In this document: piece by piece, positions 7,999-19,000 of the stretch | How the letters are laid out: each line of letters opens with the position of its first letter | Numbering within the stretch: the stretch's first letter is position 1 | Assembly: GCA_965267575.1 (NCBI GenBank) | Contig: OZ254086.1 | Span: forward strand, 1,280,001-1,344,000 | Direction: 5' to 3' | Source: Calditrichales bacterium | Lineage (GTDB): Bacteria; Calditrichota; Calditrichia; Calditrichales; J004 | Length of the DNA stretch: 64,000 bases | Position numbers and translations under genes: made by a program | Notes under the pieces: generated by a model | The model's input: the letters and a program-made list of their open reading frames with translations, nothing else | Database searches by the model: none | What the model was told of the DNA's origin: nothing

Positions 7999-10566
7999 TT
8001 ACTTGATCAAAGTCATTTTACGTGTATCCGTAAAATCTCCGGACTGCAGTTTATAAATATACATGCCGGAAGAAAGCTTGCTGGCGTCAAAAGAAATGCT
8101 GTAATCGCCTGCGGACAGGTTCTTATCAACAAGTGTCAATATTTCCTGACCTAGAACGTTATACACTTTCAGCACCGTTTTACCGCTCTTGGCAATCGTA
8201 AAGTCGATTGTCGTTGTCGGGTTGAACGGGTTAGGATAGTTCTGCTTCAGCGTATAATTTTCCGGAGTTACAACATTTTCATGACGTCTCAGCGACGTGA
8301 ATACACCGGTGTACTTATACACAACACCGTTGTTGAACGATCCGGTGTACATAACCGTACCATCGCTATTGAAAGCAACACCACGAGGTCCGTCGGTGTC
8401 ATCACCGTTATCCTGCGGCATCCATACGTAACCGTAGGTATTATCACGCGGATCAAACCATACTATAGCATTTACGTCCTGCGTACCGGCATATGCGTTA
8501 TCCTGGGATACCCAGAACTTGCCATCGGAACTGCGGTCTAATGTAACCGACTGTGCTTCGAAGATAGGTTTGCCGGTGTTGTCATTTCGGATACTGTCAG
8601 CCAACGGATAATTGATGAAGTCCGTGGATTCGTAAATATAAAGCGAGTGAACGCCTTCAGCCAGGTTACCCGGAATGAGCGTCAATCCGTCAGGCGAAAC
8701 ATAGATACCACGATGGAATCCACCTGCCAGAGGATCAAGCGTGATCGTTTGAGTTACGTCAAACGTAGCCGGATTAATAACGTTGATGAAGGGATTGCCG
8801 CCAAATACAACCGCACCTGTGTAGATAAATCCTTCATCGTCTACCATCGGTGCACCTTGCGACAGACCAAGCTCAACACGTGCCAGCGTACTACCGTCAC
8901 TCGGATCAAGCTTCAGTGTTGTACCGCCACTCTTGGTATAAATGATGTTACCATCATTGTCCGTTGCCAGTCCGCGGCAGCCTGTTAAGAAGACAGTCGA
9001 GTCCCCACCGCCGTCTGCTTCAACGGTAGTTGAGTCAAGGGTCATGAATTCCGAGCCATCTTCGTTATAAACAAAGACACCACCGGAGAATGTACCAATC
9101 CAAAGACGGTTATTACCGTCTACAGCAACACCGTGTACGGCACCCGTTGTATCCACAACCCCGTCATAGGAGTATTGGATTTGGTCAAGCTGCCATACGC
9201 CGGGGCTTACGTCCGGTTCTACATTAAGAACAACCAATGCCTTGGTTTCCGGACCAAAGCTTGTGGTGTACATTACTTCGGTACCCAGGTCATCATCAAT
9301 ATTAGCAAGGCCAATAACATTCCAGAAACCGCTAGGTGCATATTCGGAGTCAATAATTTCATGAGTCCAGTTATTAATGTTGCTTACGTCGTCCTGTGCG
9401 CCAGTGTACTCTAAGCGGAAAATGGCTGCGTTGGGCTCAGCGAAACGCGAACCTACGATATAGTCGGTACGGCCGTTAACATCAACATCACCGATAGAAC
9501 TACCGCCAAGACGAATGCTTTCACCGTAAGCGGAAAGGTCCGCCACTAGCGTGCCTTTAAGTGAATCGCCTTCGGCATCATACTCATATACATAAACGCC
9601 GGCAGGTGAATCGTCCTGAATAAAAGGCGTCCAATAAGTACCAAAGATAATTTCCGGCTGGGCGTTTCCATCAATATCATAAACCTCAACGCTATTGAAA
9701 GGACCACCACCACCTGCAACAGGCGGCAGATCCTCGAGCAACTCGTAAGTGTCAGCGGCCGTTGCGCGAACGCGCGTGGTAGTAATTTCGTCGAACAGGT
9801 AGATGGTGCCGTCAAGAACAGCAACATCCCACTTGTTTTCGGCACCGGAAATCGGGCCACCGGAAACAGTCAAACCATTGGATTCAACCGTCCAGGTTTC
9901 GCTGCCGTCGCCGGCATCCGGAACATCATCAACGGAGAGGACACCAAAATACCAGCCACTGGATGTACCGGTACGATCATTAAAGATCACTTCTTTTGTG
10001 CCGTCGCCATCAACGTCATTAACAACGAAATTAGTTGGGCGCAGGTTAAGATTGTCCTGATTGGTCATGGTGAATTGCGTATTTGGCAGAAAACCGCCAA
10101 AGCCATCGGAAACACCCATATCATCAGAACCGCCACCTACTGATTCAAAAATCACGATACGTGGAGGATTAGCTACACCGGCAAAATTATTAACCGGCCC
10201 CCAGATGATCTCTTCTTTACCGTCTTCATCAAGGTCATCAACGGTAAGGGCAGGCCAGGTGTTTTGGGCAATACCTGCGAGTTCGGTGCTCCAAACATTG
10301 TTCCAGCCACCAGCGCCGTCTTGTTCCAGCTTATATAAACGTGGAACGAGCTCATCCGGCGTATCATTAGAGTTGTCGTTGGCCATAAAAATTTCCAACA
10401 AGCCATCACCGTCGGTATCAGCACCGGCAACGATATTACCAATGCTTCCGACGTTTAGATTAAGATCAGGAATCTGAATAGAATCCTGACGGCTCCATTG
10501 TGCGAACAGTTGTGTTGCGCAAAACAGAACCACAAAAATGAACGTGGTATAACGAACGTGAGTCAT
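7999..10566 (-). CDS. Secreted acidic protein with FG-GAP/VCBS-like Ca-binding repeats, a second beta-propeller and a T9SS type-A CTD
   Basis: Signal peptide (..LFAQ); repeats DTDGDGLLEI, DLDEDGKEEI, DVDGDGTKEV, DIDGNAQPEI; NHL-like GPRGVAFNSDG; CTD QNYPNPFNP...RKMTLIK; AGGAGG RBS. Confidence 0.85.
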   Translation of the reverse strand: MTHVRYTTFIFVVLFCATQLFAQWSRQDSIQIPDLNLNVGSIGNIVAGADTDGDGLLEIFMANDNSNDTPDELVPRLYKLEQDGAGGWNNVWSTELAGIAQNTWPALTVDDLDEDGKEEIIWGPVNNFAGVANPPRIVIFESVGGGSDDMGVSDGFGGFLPNTQFTMTNQDNLNLRPTNFVVNDVDGDGTKEVIFNDRTGTSSGWYFGVLSVDDVPDAGDGSETWTVESNGLTVSGGPISGAENKWDVAVLDGTIYLFDEITTTRVRATAADTYELLEDLPPVAGGGGPFNSVEVYDIDGNAQPEIIFGTYWTPFIQDDSPAGVYVYEYDAEGDSLKGTLVADLSAYGESIRLGGSSIGDVDVNGRTDYIVGSRFAEPNAAIFRLEYTGAQDDVSNINNWTHEIIDSEYAPSGFWNVIGLANIDDDLGTEVMYTTSFGPETKALVVLNVEPDVSPGVWQLDQIQYSYDGVVDTTGAVHGVAVDGNNRLWIGTFSGGVFVYNEDGSEFMTLDSTTVEADGGGDSTVFLTGCRGLATDNDGNIIYTKSGGTTLKLDPSDGSTLARVELGLSQGAPMVDDEGFIYTGAVVFGGNPFINVINPATFDVTQTITLDPLAGGFHRGIYVSPDGLTLIPGNLAEGVHSLYIYESTDFINYPLADSIRNDNTGKPIFEAQSVTLDRSSDGKFWVSQDNAYAGTQDVNAIVWFDPRDNTYGYVWMPQDNGDDTDGPRGVAFNSDGTVMYTGSFNNGVVYKYTGVFTSLRRHENVVTPENYTLKQNYPNPFNPTTTIDFTIAKSGKTVLKVYNVLGQEILTLVDKNLSAGDYSISFDASKLSSGMYIYKLQSGDFTDTRKMTLIK

Positions 10567-10632
10567 ACACTCCTCCTGTTAAAGGGTACTAGTATAGTGG
10601 TTTCCATTTCTCAACAACTCAAATAGGCTGCT

Positions 10633-10642
10633 TCACCTCCTT
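10633..10642 (-). promoter_or_regulatory. Orphan extended Shine-Dalgarno (AAGGAGGTGA) in the leader of the 855-aa gene
   Basis: A perfect 10-nt SD sits ~65 nt upstream of the start codon, in addition to the gene's own AGGAGG. Confidence 0.45.
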
Positions 10643-10674
10643 CGTGCTTGTTTCACAAACAGTATTTTTTTTCA

Positions 10675-11919
10675 TTATTGATCGCGCCCGTAATAAGGAG
10701 CTCCATTTTCGCGCATATCTATGCGTAAAACTTTTGAAGAGGAACTCGATGTTTTTTGGGCGGCATACAAATACAGGCCTGTTCCCCAATGAAAATCAAT
10801 TATTTCAGGCCCAATCAGTTCGGGATAATGTATGTCCAGTGTCTGGCTTGCTTCATCAAAGACGTATATAGCATCCGGCTCGGCAGATGTACCGATAAAA
10901 ATCCTTCCCTCTTCTGAGACAGTAATATCATTTATACCGGCTTGATTTAAAACAGAACTTTGTTCTGCAGTTAATAACGGAGAAATAGAGGACAGCCCTC
11001 CATTTCCATCTATGGTTCCCTTATATAATGCGACTGCATCTGAGGAATCCGGATGACGTAGCGTGAAATACAAATTGTTGTTAAAAACACGAAGACTCGA
11101 AACCGGCCTGTCAAAACTCTGGACAACAGTACTCGAAGAGCCATCCGGCATGATGGATGTTATGTTGCCGGCAGCAATTACTTGTGTGCCTTGTGTATAT
11201 GAGCTATCGATGGCCGTATAGATATAAAATGATCCATCAAAATCAAAATCACGGGGGATACCACGGAATGACGCGAAAGAGCTAAAACTGCCACTGGTAG
11301 TATCAAGTTTAACTATTTGACCATTTCTAATAGTAACAGACGCATAGAGTTCATCGTTTGGGCCTATTTGCATTGCTTCTACAAGCTCAAAGGCCATGGC
11401 ATCGTTAACAAGCTTAGTAGATTGTCCCGGTATGGTTTTTCTCAGTACCTTACCCTGAATATATTTAAATACTGTCCCCGCACGGTTCACGGCTACGGCC
11501 AGAACCACTTCTCCCGGAGCCAAGGTGCCGAATTCGGCGACTGCCGGATTGAGCTTATAAAAGGCAGAATCACTGTATAATTCCGAAGAACGTATGCCTA
11601 CTCTTACTCTAAACCTGTCTTTTGCTGTCTTTGGCGTTTTAACCGTAAGCTCGTTTTCGGAAGCTGATAGCACTTCGGCAACAATTTCATCAAAAACAAC
11701 AAAATTCTCCGCGGGTACAGGCGAAAAGCCATTGCCCGTAATGGTCAATGTGCCTACACCGGCGAGGGCACTGTCTTCAGGCAGAATATTGGTTATGACT
11801 GGTGCCGTTCCCGGGTCCCTGTCCGGATTGTATAAGCTGTCTGTTGGCTCTTCGCTGCAAGACAGGACCAATACAATCAGTGACAAAACTAATATATGCA
11901 TGGGGCGCATGCGTTTCAT
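10675..11919 (-). CDS. Lipoprotein with an IPT/TIG domain and a beta-propeller
   Basis: Lipobox VLSC; PVITNILP...TLTITGNGFS...ASENELTVKTP is IPT/TIG-like; repetitive beta-rich C-terminal region. Confidence 0.8.
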   Translation of the reverse strand: MKRMRPMHILVLSLIVLVLSCSEEPTDSLYNPDRDPGTAPVITNILPEDSALAGVGTLTITGNGFSPVPAENFVVFDEIVAEVLSASENELTVKTPKTAKDRFRVRVGIRSSELYSDSAFYKLNPAVAEFGTLAPGEVVLAVAVNRAGTVFKYIQGKVLRKTIPGQSTKLVNDAMAFELVEAMQIGPNDELYASVTIRNGQIVKLDTTSGSFSSFASFRGIPRDFDFDGSFYIYTAIDSSYTQGTQVIAAGNITSIMPDGSSSTVVQSFDRPVSSLRVFNNNLYFTLRHPDSSDAVALYKGTIDGNGGLSSISPLLTAEQSSVLNQAGINDITVSEEGRIFIGTSAEPDAIYVFDEASQTLDIHYPELIGPEIIDFHWGTGLYLYAAQKTSSSSSKVLRIDMRENGAPYYGRDQ

Positions 11920-11940
11920 TTTTAGCTCCTTAATGCGCGT

Positions 11941-12948
11941 TTAAAAAGAAAATCCAAAGGCAAAACGGTGAACATCGCCGAAAACACCAAAAGGTGTGTA
12001 GGCATAATCCACGTTCAGATCAAATCCTGTAACTTCCTGCCGCAGGCCGGCGCCAAAAGACATGCCTTCTTCATCTGTTGGCGAAGTGAGTCCGGCGCGC
12101 AATGAAACCTGCTTGAGAAATGTATACTCAAGACCCACATCAATCTGCTCATAGTAGTCTCTGGGGTGAGATGCATCTATCGCAAGCAATAAATCATGCC
12201 TGTCAGAATCGAGGTCCGTCAGATCAAGCATGTCCATGGCAACACCGATTTCAAATGTCAGCGGAAGTTCAAATGCCTCTTCGTAATACTGTACCTGCTG
12301 TGAAAAATTGCGCACGTACATACCAAACGTCAGGCTTTGATAACCGGTTTTATAAAGAATACCAAAATCGAAGGCTAAAACATTGGCATCAAATTCGCCC
12401 GTAACCACCTGCTGATCGGCATTTTTAAAATTGACCGCACCGCCTGTAAGGTTTTGATACACATATTTCATGTGACCGCCAATAGAGAAACGATCGGTAA
12501 GCGCCCGCGCATAGCTAAGACCAATGCTGTAGGCAATCGGAGAAAACTCGCCGGTGTCGAGAAAGCCTTGTTCGTTTTCGCTTTTGATTGATCCCTGAAA
12601 GCTGCCGTAGTCCGGAGCGATATAGGTAAGACCAAAAACGCCATACTGTCCACCGGAAGGGCTGTAGGAAAGTGTGGCGAACTGATATTGAAAATCAGCT
12701 ATCCAGTTTAGCTGACCAATGGTTGTTGAAACCATGGAAGGCAAGCGTGCCATACCTGCAGGGTTGTAGAGCATAGATGTGCTTCCGCCTTCAAGGGCAA
12801 CCGTGGCACGGCCAAGCGCGCTCATCCGCGCATCCAGCGACAGGCTTAAGAAAACCATGCCTGTTTGTGCCAGCTTTTGGCGTTCAGCACCAAAGCCGGA
12901 TGCTACAGTAAGCAAGATGACTATGAGAGTTAATAATTTGTTTTTCAT
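11941..12948 (-). CDS. PorV/PorQ-family (UPF0164-like) outer-membrane beta-barrel, module 2
   Basis: Signal peptide; KLAQTGMVFLSL..DARMSALG, YNPAGMA, FDFGILY, FELPLTFEIG, DYAY..FGVFGDVHRFAFGFSF with a terminal Phe. Confidence 0.85.
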   Translation of the reverse strand: MKNKLLTLIVILLTVASGFGAERQKLAQTGMVFLSLSLDARMSALGRATVALEGGSTSMLYNPAGMARLPSMVSTTIGQLNWIADFQYQFATLSYSPSGGQYGVFGLTYIAPDYGSFQGSIKSENEQGFLDTGEFSPIAYSIGLSYARALTDRFSIGGHMKYVYQNLTGGAVNFKNADQQVVTGEFDANVLAFDFGILYKTGYQSLTFGMYVRNFSQQVQYYEEAFELPLTFEIGVAMDMLDLTDLDSDRHDLLLAIDASHPRDYYEQIDVGLEYTFLKQVSLRAGLTSPTDEEGMSFGAGLRQEVTGFDLNVDYAYTPFGVFGDVHRFAFGFSF

Positions 12949-12963
12949 ATGAACACTCTCGCT

Positions 12964-15057
12964 TTATCGAATAACGACAAATTTTTTGATTTCACGGCGG
13001 CCGGTAGATTGGTCCGTTATCACGGCAAGGTAGATACCGCTTACTACCAATTGGTTGGAAGATGTAACACCATCCCAGAACTCATCTCCGCTGCCGTCCG
13101 TATGTTCAATGGAATAAACCAATTCCCCGCGCTCGGTATAAATATCGATAGTACAACGTGCAGGAATATTGTAGAAGACCAGTTTATTCGGCTCATTTTC
13201 AAAGCGCAGCCTGTTTGGTGAGGAGGCTATCATAAACGGATTCGGTACAATTCGTACGGTACTTTCATCAGCAGCAAATGTTTCTGAACTGCCGGCAGGG
13301 CGCTTAAGAAAAACAGGATCATAGGTTTGTGTGTAAAGCCTGCTGCTTTTTAACTGCGTTGCAGGTATTCCCAGATCGGGGTCTGCGGGAATGGTTTGGC
13401 CTAAAACTTCCAGAAAATAGAAGTAGCCTACTCCTCTTACTGGTGATGTGTCTTCAAACTCAGTGACGGACGGATCAAGAGGTTCTGGGGTTAGTAATTC
13501 TGGCTCGGCATCGAAACGGCCGCGGCTACGATAAACGTTATAACCGCGTACGTCACCAGAGTTGGCATACAAGGTCCAGGAAAGGGATACCTTGTCTCCC
13601 TTTCCTTCAACTAACAACTGTTGCGGGGGCAGTGGTGGATTTGCGATATCATATCCGGATTGATAATTAGCAATCGCACGGCGAAACGTTTGAAACAAAG
13701 AATCACGTCCGGTTAAAACAGCTTCGTTTTTTTCCACATCGGAAATATTGCCAGCCTTATACTCAACACCTATTTCCGTAGCGTTTTTGCGGCTTAGGCC
13801 GGCAACGGCTTCCGCCATCACAATACGGATTGTATCACCGGGGCCCATTGTGTAGGGGCCATAGCCGTTGGCAAAAGAAAAGCCGCCCGGCTCGCCCGGG
13901 CTGATATTTGCTGTCTTATCCTGTTCAGCGAAGTTGCCGTCCGGAACCACTTTCCATGCGTGACGATCCGAATGGCCTCGTGACATCCACGCGTATTCTT
14001 CCTGCATTTTACCTACGTCAAAAGCGCTGTTATTGGATGTCAATGGTTCATCAGAACCTACCGTGGTTGTTGTAAAAGGCTGACCCGGATCATCGCTTTT
14101 ATCATCAACCGATTTATCTGCATGGATAGTAACAATGCCGCCGAATTGCGGCGCGCCAAGACGGCCTACTGTATCATATTCTGCAATATAAGGTGGGTTT
14201 ACTGGATCCTGACGCCAGATGGGAGCGCCGATATTATCGTATGAGACCGCTTTATCGGCATAAAAGCCATGCCAGGCGAATTGCGCCCTGAACTGTTCAT
14301 CTTCCGGATCACCGTATTTTTGCATATTTTCTTCGCCATCGCCCCTGGCATCATTCATTGTGTTTATTCCCCAGCCGGAAGCGTTGCCGATCAGGTATCT
14401 TGTCTGGCGGGTCATGGAATAACGGTATTGCCAGAAAAATATAACGTCATTGACTGTATTATCTGGCAATTCTATCTCTTCGTCGTCGTCTGTATTGCCC
14501 GTGTTGATAAAAGTGTATTCATATATCATGTAGTTGTCATGCAACGGATTGCTCCATGCCAGGATTTTCCTTTCCATAGTTATTCCCAACAGCGTATTAA
14601 CCTTATTATAAATCATCCTGTCGGAGGGCAGCGTTGGGTCAATCCTGTCATTCTCAACTTCTTTTTGGTACGTTTCGACACCATCGGCAAGAACTGTTGG
14701 CGGTTCAAATTTGCTGATCATTTCAAATTCGAGTGGAAAAAACTCGTTAAAACCAAGCACGCGCGGCCCAACATGCACAACGCGCGCGGGAAAATTGGTT
14801 CCGTTTTCATCCGTAAAATTGGTGGCGCCAATCCAGAATCCTTTAGCGGCCTGATTGTCTTGAAATTCGTAAATAGCCGGCCACTGCAATCCGTTTTGCT
14901 GTTGGGCAAAGCCCTGGCCTTCTTCCGCCTCACAGCCGAATTCGGAAAACCAGTTATGCAGATTACCCACGGCGAGCCATTTGTAAGCACCTTGCGCCTG
15001 TGTGGAAGCAAGCAGACCAAATAGGCATATATAAAAGGCTAAAAGTAGATTTTTCAT
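12964..15057 (-). CDS. Secreted ~700-aa protein with an FN3-like domain and a variant T9SS-like CTD
   Basis: Signal peptide; PPLPP..VSLSW..GYNVYRS..YFYFL (FN3-like); CTD VRIVPNPF...CTIDIYTERGELV...WD...VSGIYL...KFVVIR. GAGGGA RBS favours a start at 15057 (track start 15072). Confidence 0.8.
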   Translation of the reverse strand: MKNLLLAFYICLFGLLASTQAQGAYKWLAVGNLHNWFSEFGCEAEEGQGFAQQQNGLQWPAIYEFQDNQAAKGFWIGATNFTDENGTNFPARVVHVGPRVLGFNEFFPLEFEMISKFEPPTVLADGVETYQKEVENDRIDPTLPSDRMIYNKVNTLLGITMERKILAWSNPLHDNYMIYEYTFINTGNTDDDEEIELPDNTVNDVIFFWQYRYSMTRQTRYLIGNASGWGINTMNDARGDGEENMQKYGDPEDEQFRAQFAWHGFYADKAVSYDNIGAPIWRQDPVNPPYIAEYDTVGRLGAPQFGGIVTIHADKSVDDKSDDPGQPFTTTTVGSDEPLTSNNSAFDVGKMQEEYAWMSRGHSDRHAWKVVPDGNFAEQDKTANISPGEPGGFSFANGYGPYTMGPGDTIRIVMAEAVAGLSRKNATEIGVEYKAGNISDVEKNEAVLTGRDSLFQTFRRAIANYQSGYDIANPPLPPQQLLVEGKGDKVSLSWTLYANSGDVRGYNVYRSRGRFDAEPELLTPEPLDPSVTEFEDTSPVRGVGYFYFLEVLGQTIPADPDLGIPATQLKSSRLYTQTYDPVFLKRPAGSSETFAADESTVRIVPNPFMIASSPNRLRFENEPNKLVFYNIPARCTIDIYTERGELVYSIEHTDGSGDEFWDGVTSSNQLVVSGIYLAVITDQSTGRREIKKFVVIR

Positions 15058-15064
15058 ACGTCCC

Positions 15065-16060
15065 TCATTCATACAAATTGATGCGAATTGTCAAATCACC
15101 GCCCGGGAAGGACGACGGGTCGCTTTCGAGCATGATATCTTCAAAAAGAACCGGGTTTTGCTCTATGGTAGCCCGCATTAAAGTAATCCGAAACGGCCGG
15201 TTGGCATAAGCCGGGTATGTTGGCGTCAGGCGAATTTGTACTTCCGCGCCAACCAGGTTTAGTGGAAACGTCAAACCCGCCGGTGCATTATTTATAAAAT
15301 CCTCTCCGGGAAAGGCTGTAATCGCCGAGCGGCCGCTGCCACTGTAGGCAAATGACATATCTGCCCCTATCGGACTGGTAAATTTTCCCGTAGAGAGCGT
15401 GTCGCTTCCCTTAATTACCAGGCCTTCATAAACCCAACCGTTTGTCAATTCGGGCAACACAAGGGTTTCGGAATAAGTACTGTCGATTACCACGGTGCCC
15501 GTTGTGTCTGTTGACATGGTCGTATCAAGCGTTGTAAACCAAAGTCCGGCAAAGTTATTGGCAGAAGCAGGGCTAGTTGGTGTATACACCATAAAAGAAC
15601 CCTGTAAAGTAGAAAAATCAAAATTAAGCAGCTGCTGGCTTCCTATCGTAAAAACGCTGTTATTGGCTTCAATGGTTGATCCTATGACGCTAAACACTGT
15701 AGGAGTGAACAACGTATCACCGGCCCCGGTAAAACGCATGCCCGGTACATCATCCGGTTCAATCGTTATGATGACCTCTTTGGCCCTTTGCAAATCCCCG
15801 ATTTCCACCTCTGTTTCCAGGGAGTAAGGGGAAGCGCTTCCAGCCAATATGCCCAGGCTGGCATATTTTTGAACATTGTTTCCGCCTTCAAGTACATCCC
15901 ATGATATCCAGGCCTCATACCAGGCAGAGTCTCCGGGCGCATTAAGCCCGTTAACGGTAAGCGATATTTTGCCTGTTGTATCCCCCGATCCGAGAACGGT
16001 TGTTTCTTCACAGGAAAGCAGAAGCAATATCGCAAAAATAAGAGTTAGAAAAGTTTTCAT
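15065..16060 (-). CDS. Uncharacterised beta-rich lipoprotein
   Basis: Lipobox LLSC; LPEL..GWVYEG..LSTGKF..FPGEDF motif block; many D-S/T-hydrophobic tripeptides. Confidence 0.75.
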   Translation of the reverse strand: MKTFLTLIFAILLLLSCEETTVLGSGDTTGKISLTVNGLNAPGDSAWYEAWISWDVLEGGNNVQKYASLGILAGSASPYSLETEVEIGDLQRAKEVIITIEPDDVPGMRFTGAGDTLFTPTVFSVIGSTIEANNSVFTIGSQQLLNFDFSTLQGSFMVYTPTSPASANNFAGLWFTTLDTTMSTDTTGTVVIDSTYSETLVLPELTNGWVYEGLVIKGSDTLSTGKFTSPIGADMSFAYSGSGRSAITAFPGEDFINNAPAGLTFPLNLVGAEVQIRLTPTYPAYANRPFRITLMRATIEQNPVLFEDIMLESDPSSFPGGDLTIRINLYE

Positions 16061-16075
16061 TGATTTGTCCCGACT

Positions 16076-19000
16076 TTAAAAATCGAAAGAGATTTCTATG
16101 CCCCAGAAAATATCCCTCGGGTTCAAAAACGTTAGGTAGCTCTGGTTCGGCATATCGATATAAGCTTTATTGTCCAATACATAATTGACCCGGCTGTCTT
16201 TGGCTTTTGTCCACTCGCCCTGTTCATTATAGGTGAGGTACTGGCCGCTGCTGGCCTCGTAATAAAGATCGTTTTTGTTGGGGTTGTTTACGCTGTTTCG
16301 GTTAGCCATTGTAATGATGGGAATAAAAGGCACGCCGCTTTTTCTGTAGTCTCCGGGTTGGTCATCACCAGGAATATTTGTATAGTCCAACCGGTCGAGG
16401 CCTTCTGTATTTTCTGGCAGGTGCAGTGATCGCATGTAACGCCTAAAATCATCTTTTTCGCTAACGAATCCGTATGTGGAAAAAAGCTTGAAATTAAACA
16501 GGTTTTGTACGTCCATAAAAAAATCTATTCGCGCCGGTCCAACTTCCAGGCCCTTGCGAAAACGCATATTGACATTATAATAATCTGTCCACTGCACATT
16601 GTTATCAATACCTAATTCATCGGCTGACCCCCCGTCTGTCCAGTCAAAATATCCGCCGGAACGCCAGTTGGCCAAAAGGCTGAGTGTTACGTTGTCCAGC
16701 AGATAAACGCCTCCAACGCTCGGTCCATATTGATTGGGCGTAAAGAAGGACAGATTAGCCCTGGCGTAAGGACGGGGTCTTGGTTTGGACTGTTCATAAT
16801 TTGCCTGGCGTCGTTCCTCTTCGCGCTGTTGTACTGAATTTTCAAACGAATTTCTGAAACCAAACGTACCGGATGATTCTACCTGGTAAGTGTAGTTAAT
16901 GAATCCTCGCACCCACCGTCCCCGGTTTTTATTTATCGTCAGTTCAAAACCGCGAATATCTTCGTAAGAGTTAGGTTCATTAATATTTACGCGTGTGTTA
17001 CTGCTGATATATGTCACGGTAGTAGGCTGATCCGAGATGTCTTTATAAAAGCCCGCAGTACGAACTAGGTATTCATCAAACAGACTGTGCTCGTATCCCA
17101 ATTCATAAGCAATAGTTTTTGGCAAAGGATTGTTTGGATCAGCGATACGCTCAACCGCATTGGTTTGTCCGTTTTGCCTGAGAATAAAAAAGTTTTCCGG
17201 CTGCGGTACCTGGCGAAAGTGGCCATAGTTAAAGTATATCTTGCTGTTCTCGGATACAGGAAAAGAAACAGCCAGCCTTGGACTAAATGTAAAAATATGC
17301 TCTGTCGGTTCCTGATTGAGGGTATCCAAAGCGGCCGGGTCATCACCACTAAAGGCAGCATCGTAAGGATTGTAGCCGGAATACCATTCGCCGCCGGCGT
17401 GGGTATAATCCATCCTCAAGCCCACCGAAGCAATCATGCCTTCAAATTCAAGTTTGTCTTCGAGGTAGATTGCACCTTGTATTGGTGTTCTGTTCCATTT
17501 CGTTTGAGCATTTCCGGATGGTAAAAATCTATCGAAACGGGCATAATTGACCCGACTGTCAGTAATAACAAACTCGGCGCCGGCCTTAACATTATTATAG
17601 CGGTTCACCTGGCTGGAAATATCAAACTTGCCGTGATAACGCACTACCACACTGGAATCACGGGCGTTACTGAAGCCGACGCTCATGCGCATGTTACCAT
17701 CTATGCCGGTAGTTGGGGCCTCCCAAAAGCCGAACGGCGCTTCATCCACAAAATAAGAATTACCGAACTGGTATCTTCTGGTTGTATCACGCAACGCACC
17801 AAGCGTAGTGCTGTAACGCGACTCGAAGCGTTGTAATTTAGCTTCGTAAAATGTTTTTGAACTTATGGCGTTGGTAAATTTTATACCGACATTATTAAAA
17901 TTAACCCGTGAAGGATTCCAGTAATCCGTGCTGAAAATGCGTGAATCCACGAAACTGATCGTCGTCAGATCACTCGCTATTTGCCAGGGTGCCGTAAAAA
18001 GCGTAGGAGCTCCGGCGCGGCTGCGGCTTGTGCCAACCTCTTCGCCAATTAAACCCGAAACAACAAGTTTCTTGCCGGGTCCGAGATCAGATGTGAAGTT
18101 AATTTGCCAGTTTTGAGTTGTGTATGCCTCGCGTGAAAGCGGGACCAGATACATTTCTCTCAGGCGTCGATAGGCAGTAAAAAAGCGGAGATTACCCAGA
18201 TCCTTGGTCAGAAACGGTACGGGACCGCCGAAGCCGATATCAACGTCATAGTCCGGCTTATCGATATCGGTTTGCTTGCGGTGCTGGAACAGAAAAAGCT
18301 CCTGAGCGGCACGCGGAGTCAGATCGTTTGAAGGATCATCATCTTCCAGGGTACGACGGGCAATTTCATTCCATCCTACGAAGTCCGGGTACTGCAAACG
18401 CGTCCACTCATCCCAGCCACCGTTATCGGTTCCAACCCAGGCAACCTCATCATCCAGGAATGGACGAACATAATAGGCGTCAAAATCATTGAAGGCCGGT
18501 CCAAAGTGTTTTGCAGCTATCGGCGAATAGCGAAAAACCGCGTTTACATTATAATCGCTCTTGGAGCCCTCCTTGGTGACAACATTTATCAATCCGGAAC
18601 GGAAATCACCATATTCCGCGGAAAACCCTCCGGCCTGCAGCTGGATCTCTTTGATGCTGGTCAAGCTGATGCCGGTATAAGGTTCGTTGTCTCTTCCGTC
18701 ACGAAGATTGAATCCATCCATGATAAAGACAACTTCGTCCAGTCCGCCGCCGCGAATTTCCAGGCCTTCGGCACCGGCCTGCAGAGCAACAACTTCGGAA
18801 ACATTCGCCAGCGGCAATGCTTCGACCTCTTCAGTGGAAATATTCGCCCGGCTGGCGGCAACGTCTTTTTCCACAACCGGACGTTCGGCAACAACAGATA
18901 TGGCTTCATCCAGTTCGATCGCTTCTGTGCCCAGCTGTACATTTATTTCTGTTGTTTGATCTATAAAAACGCGTACATCAGTGAATGTTTTGCTGGCGTA

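Noticed and set aside
14269-15024. 251-aa plus-strand ORF, and similar long ORFs at 18506-19180, 24466-25047, 28663-29436 and 59239-59877
   Set aside because: They lie fully antisense to well-supported genes and show no recognisable motifs, so they are shadow ORFs
15065-16060. Lipoprotein directly after the TBDR as a SusD
   Set aside because: At 331 aa it is beta-rich and lacks the TPR helices and motifs of SusD, though an accessory lid role is not excluded
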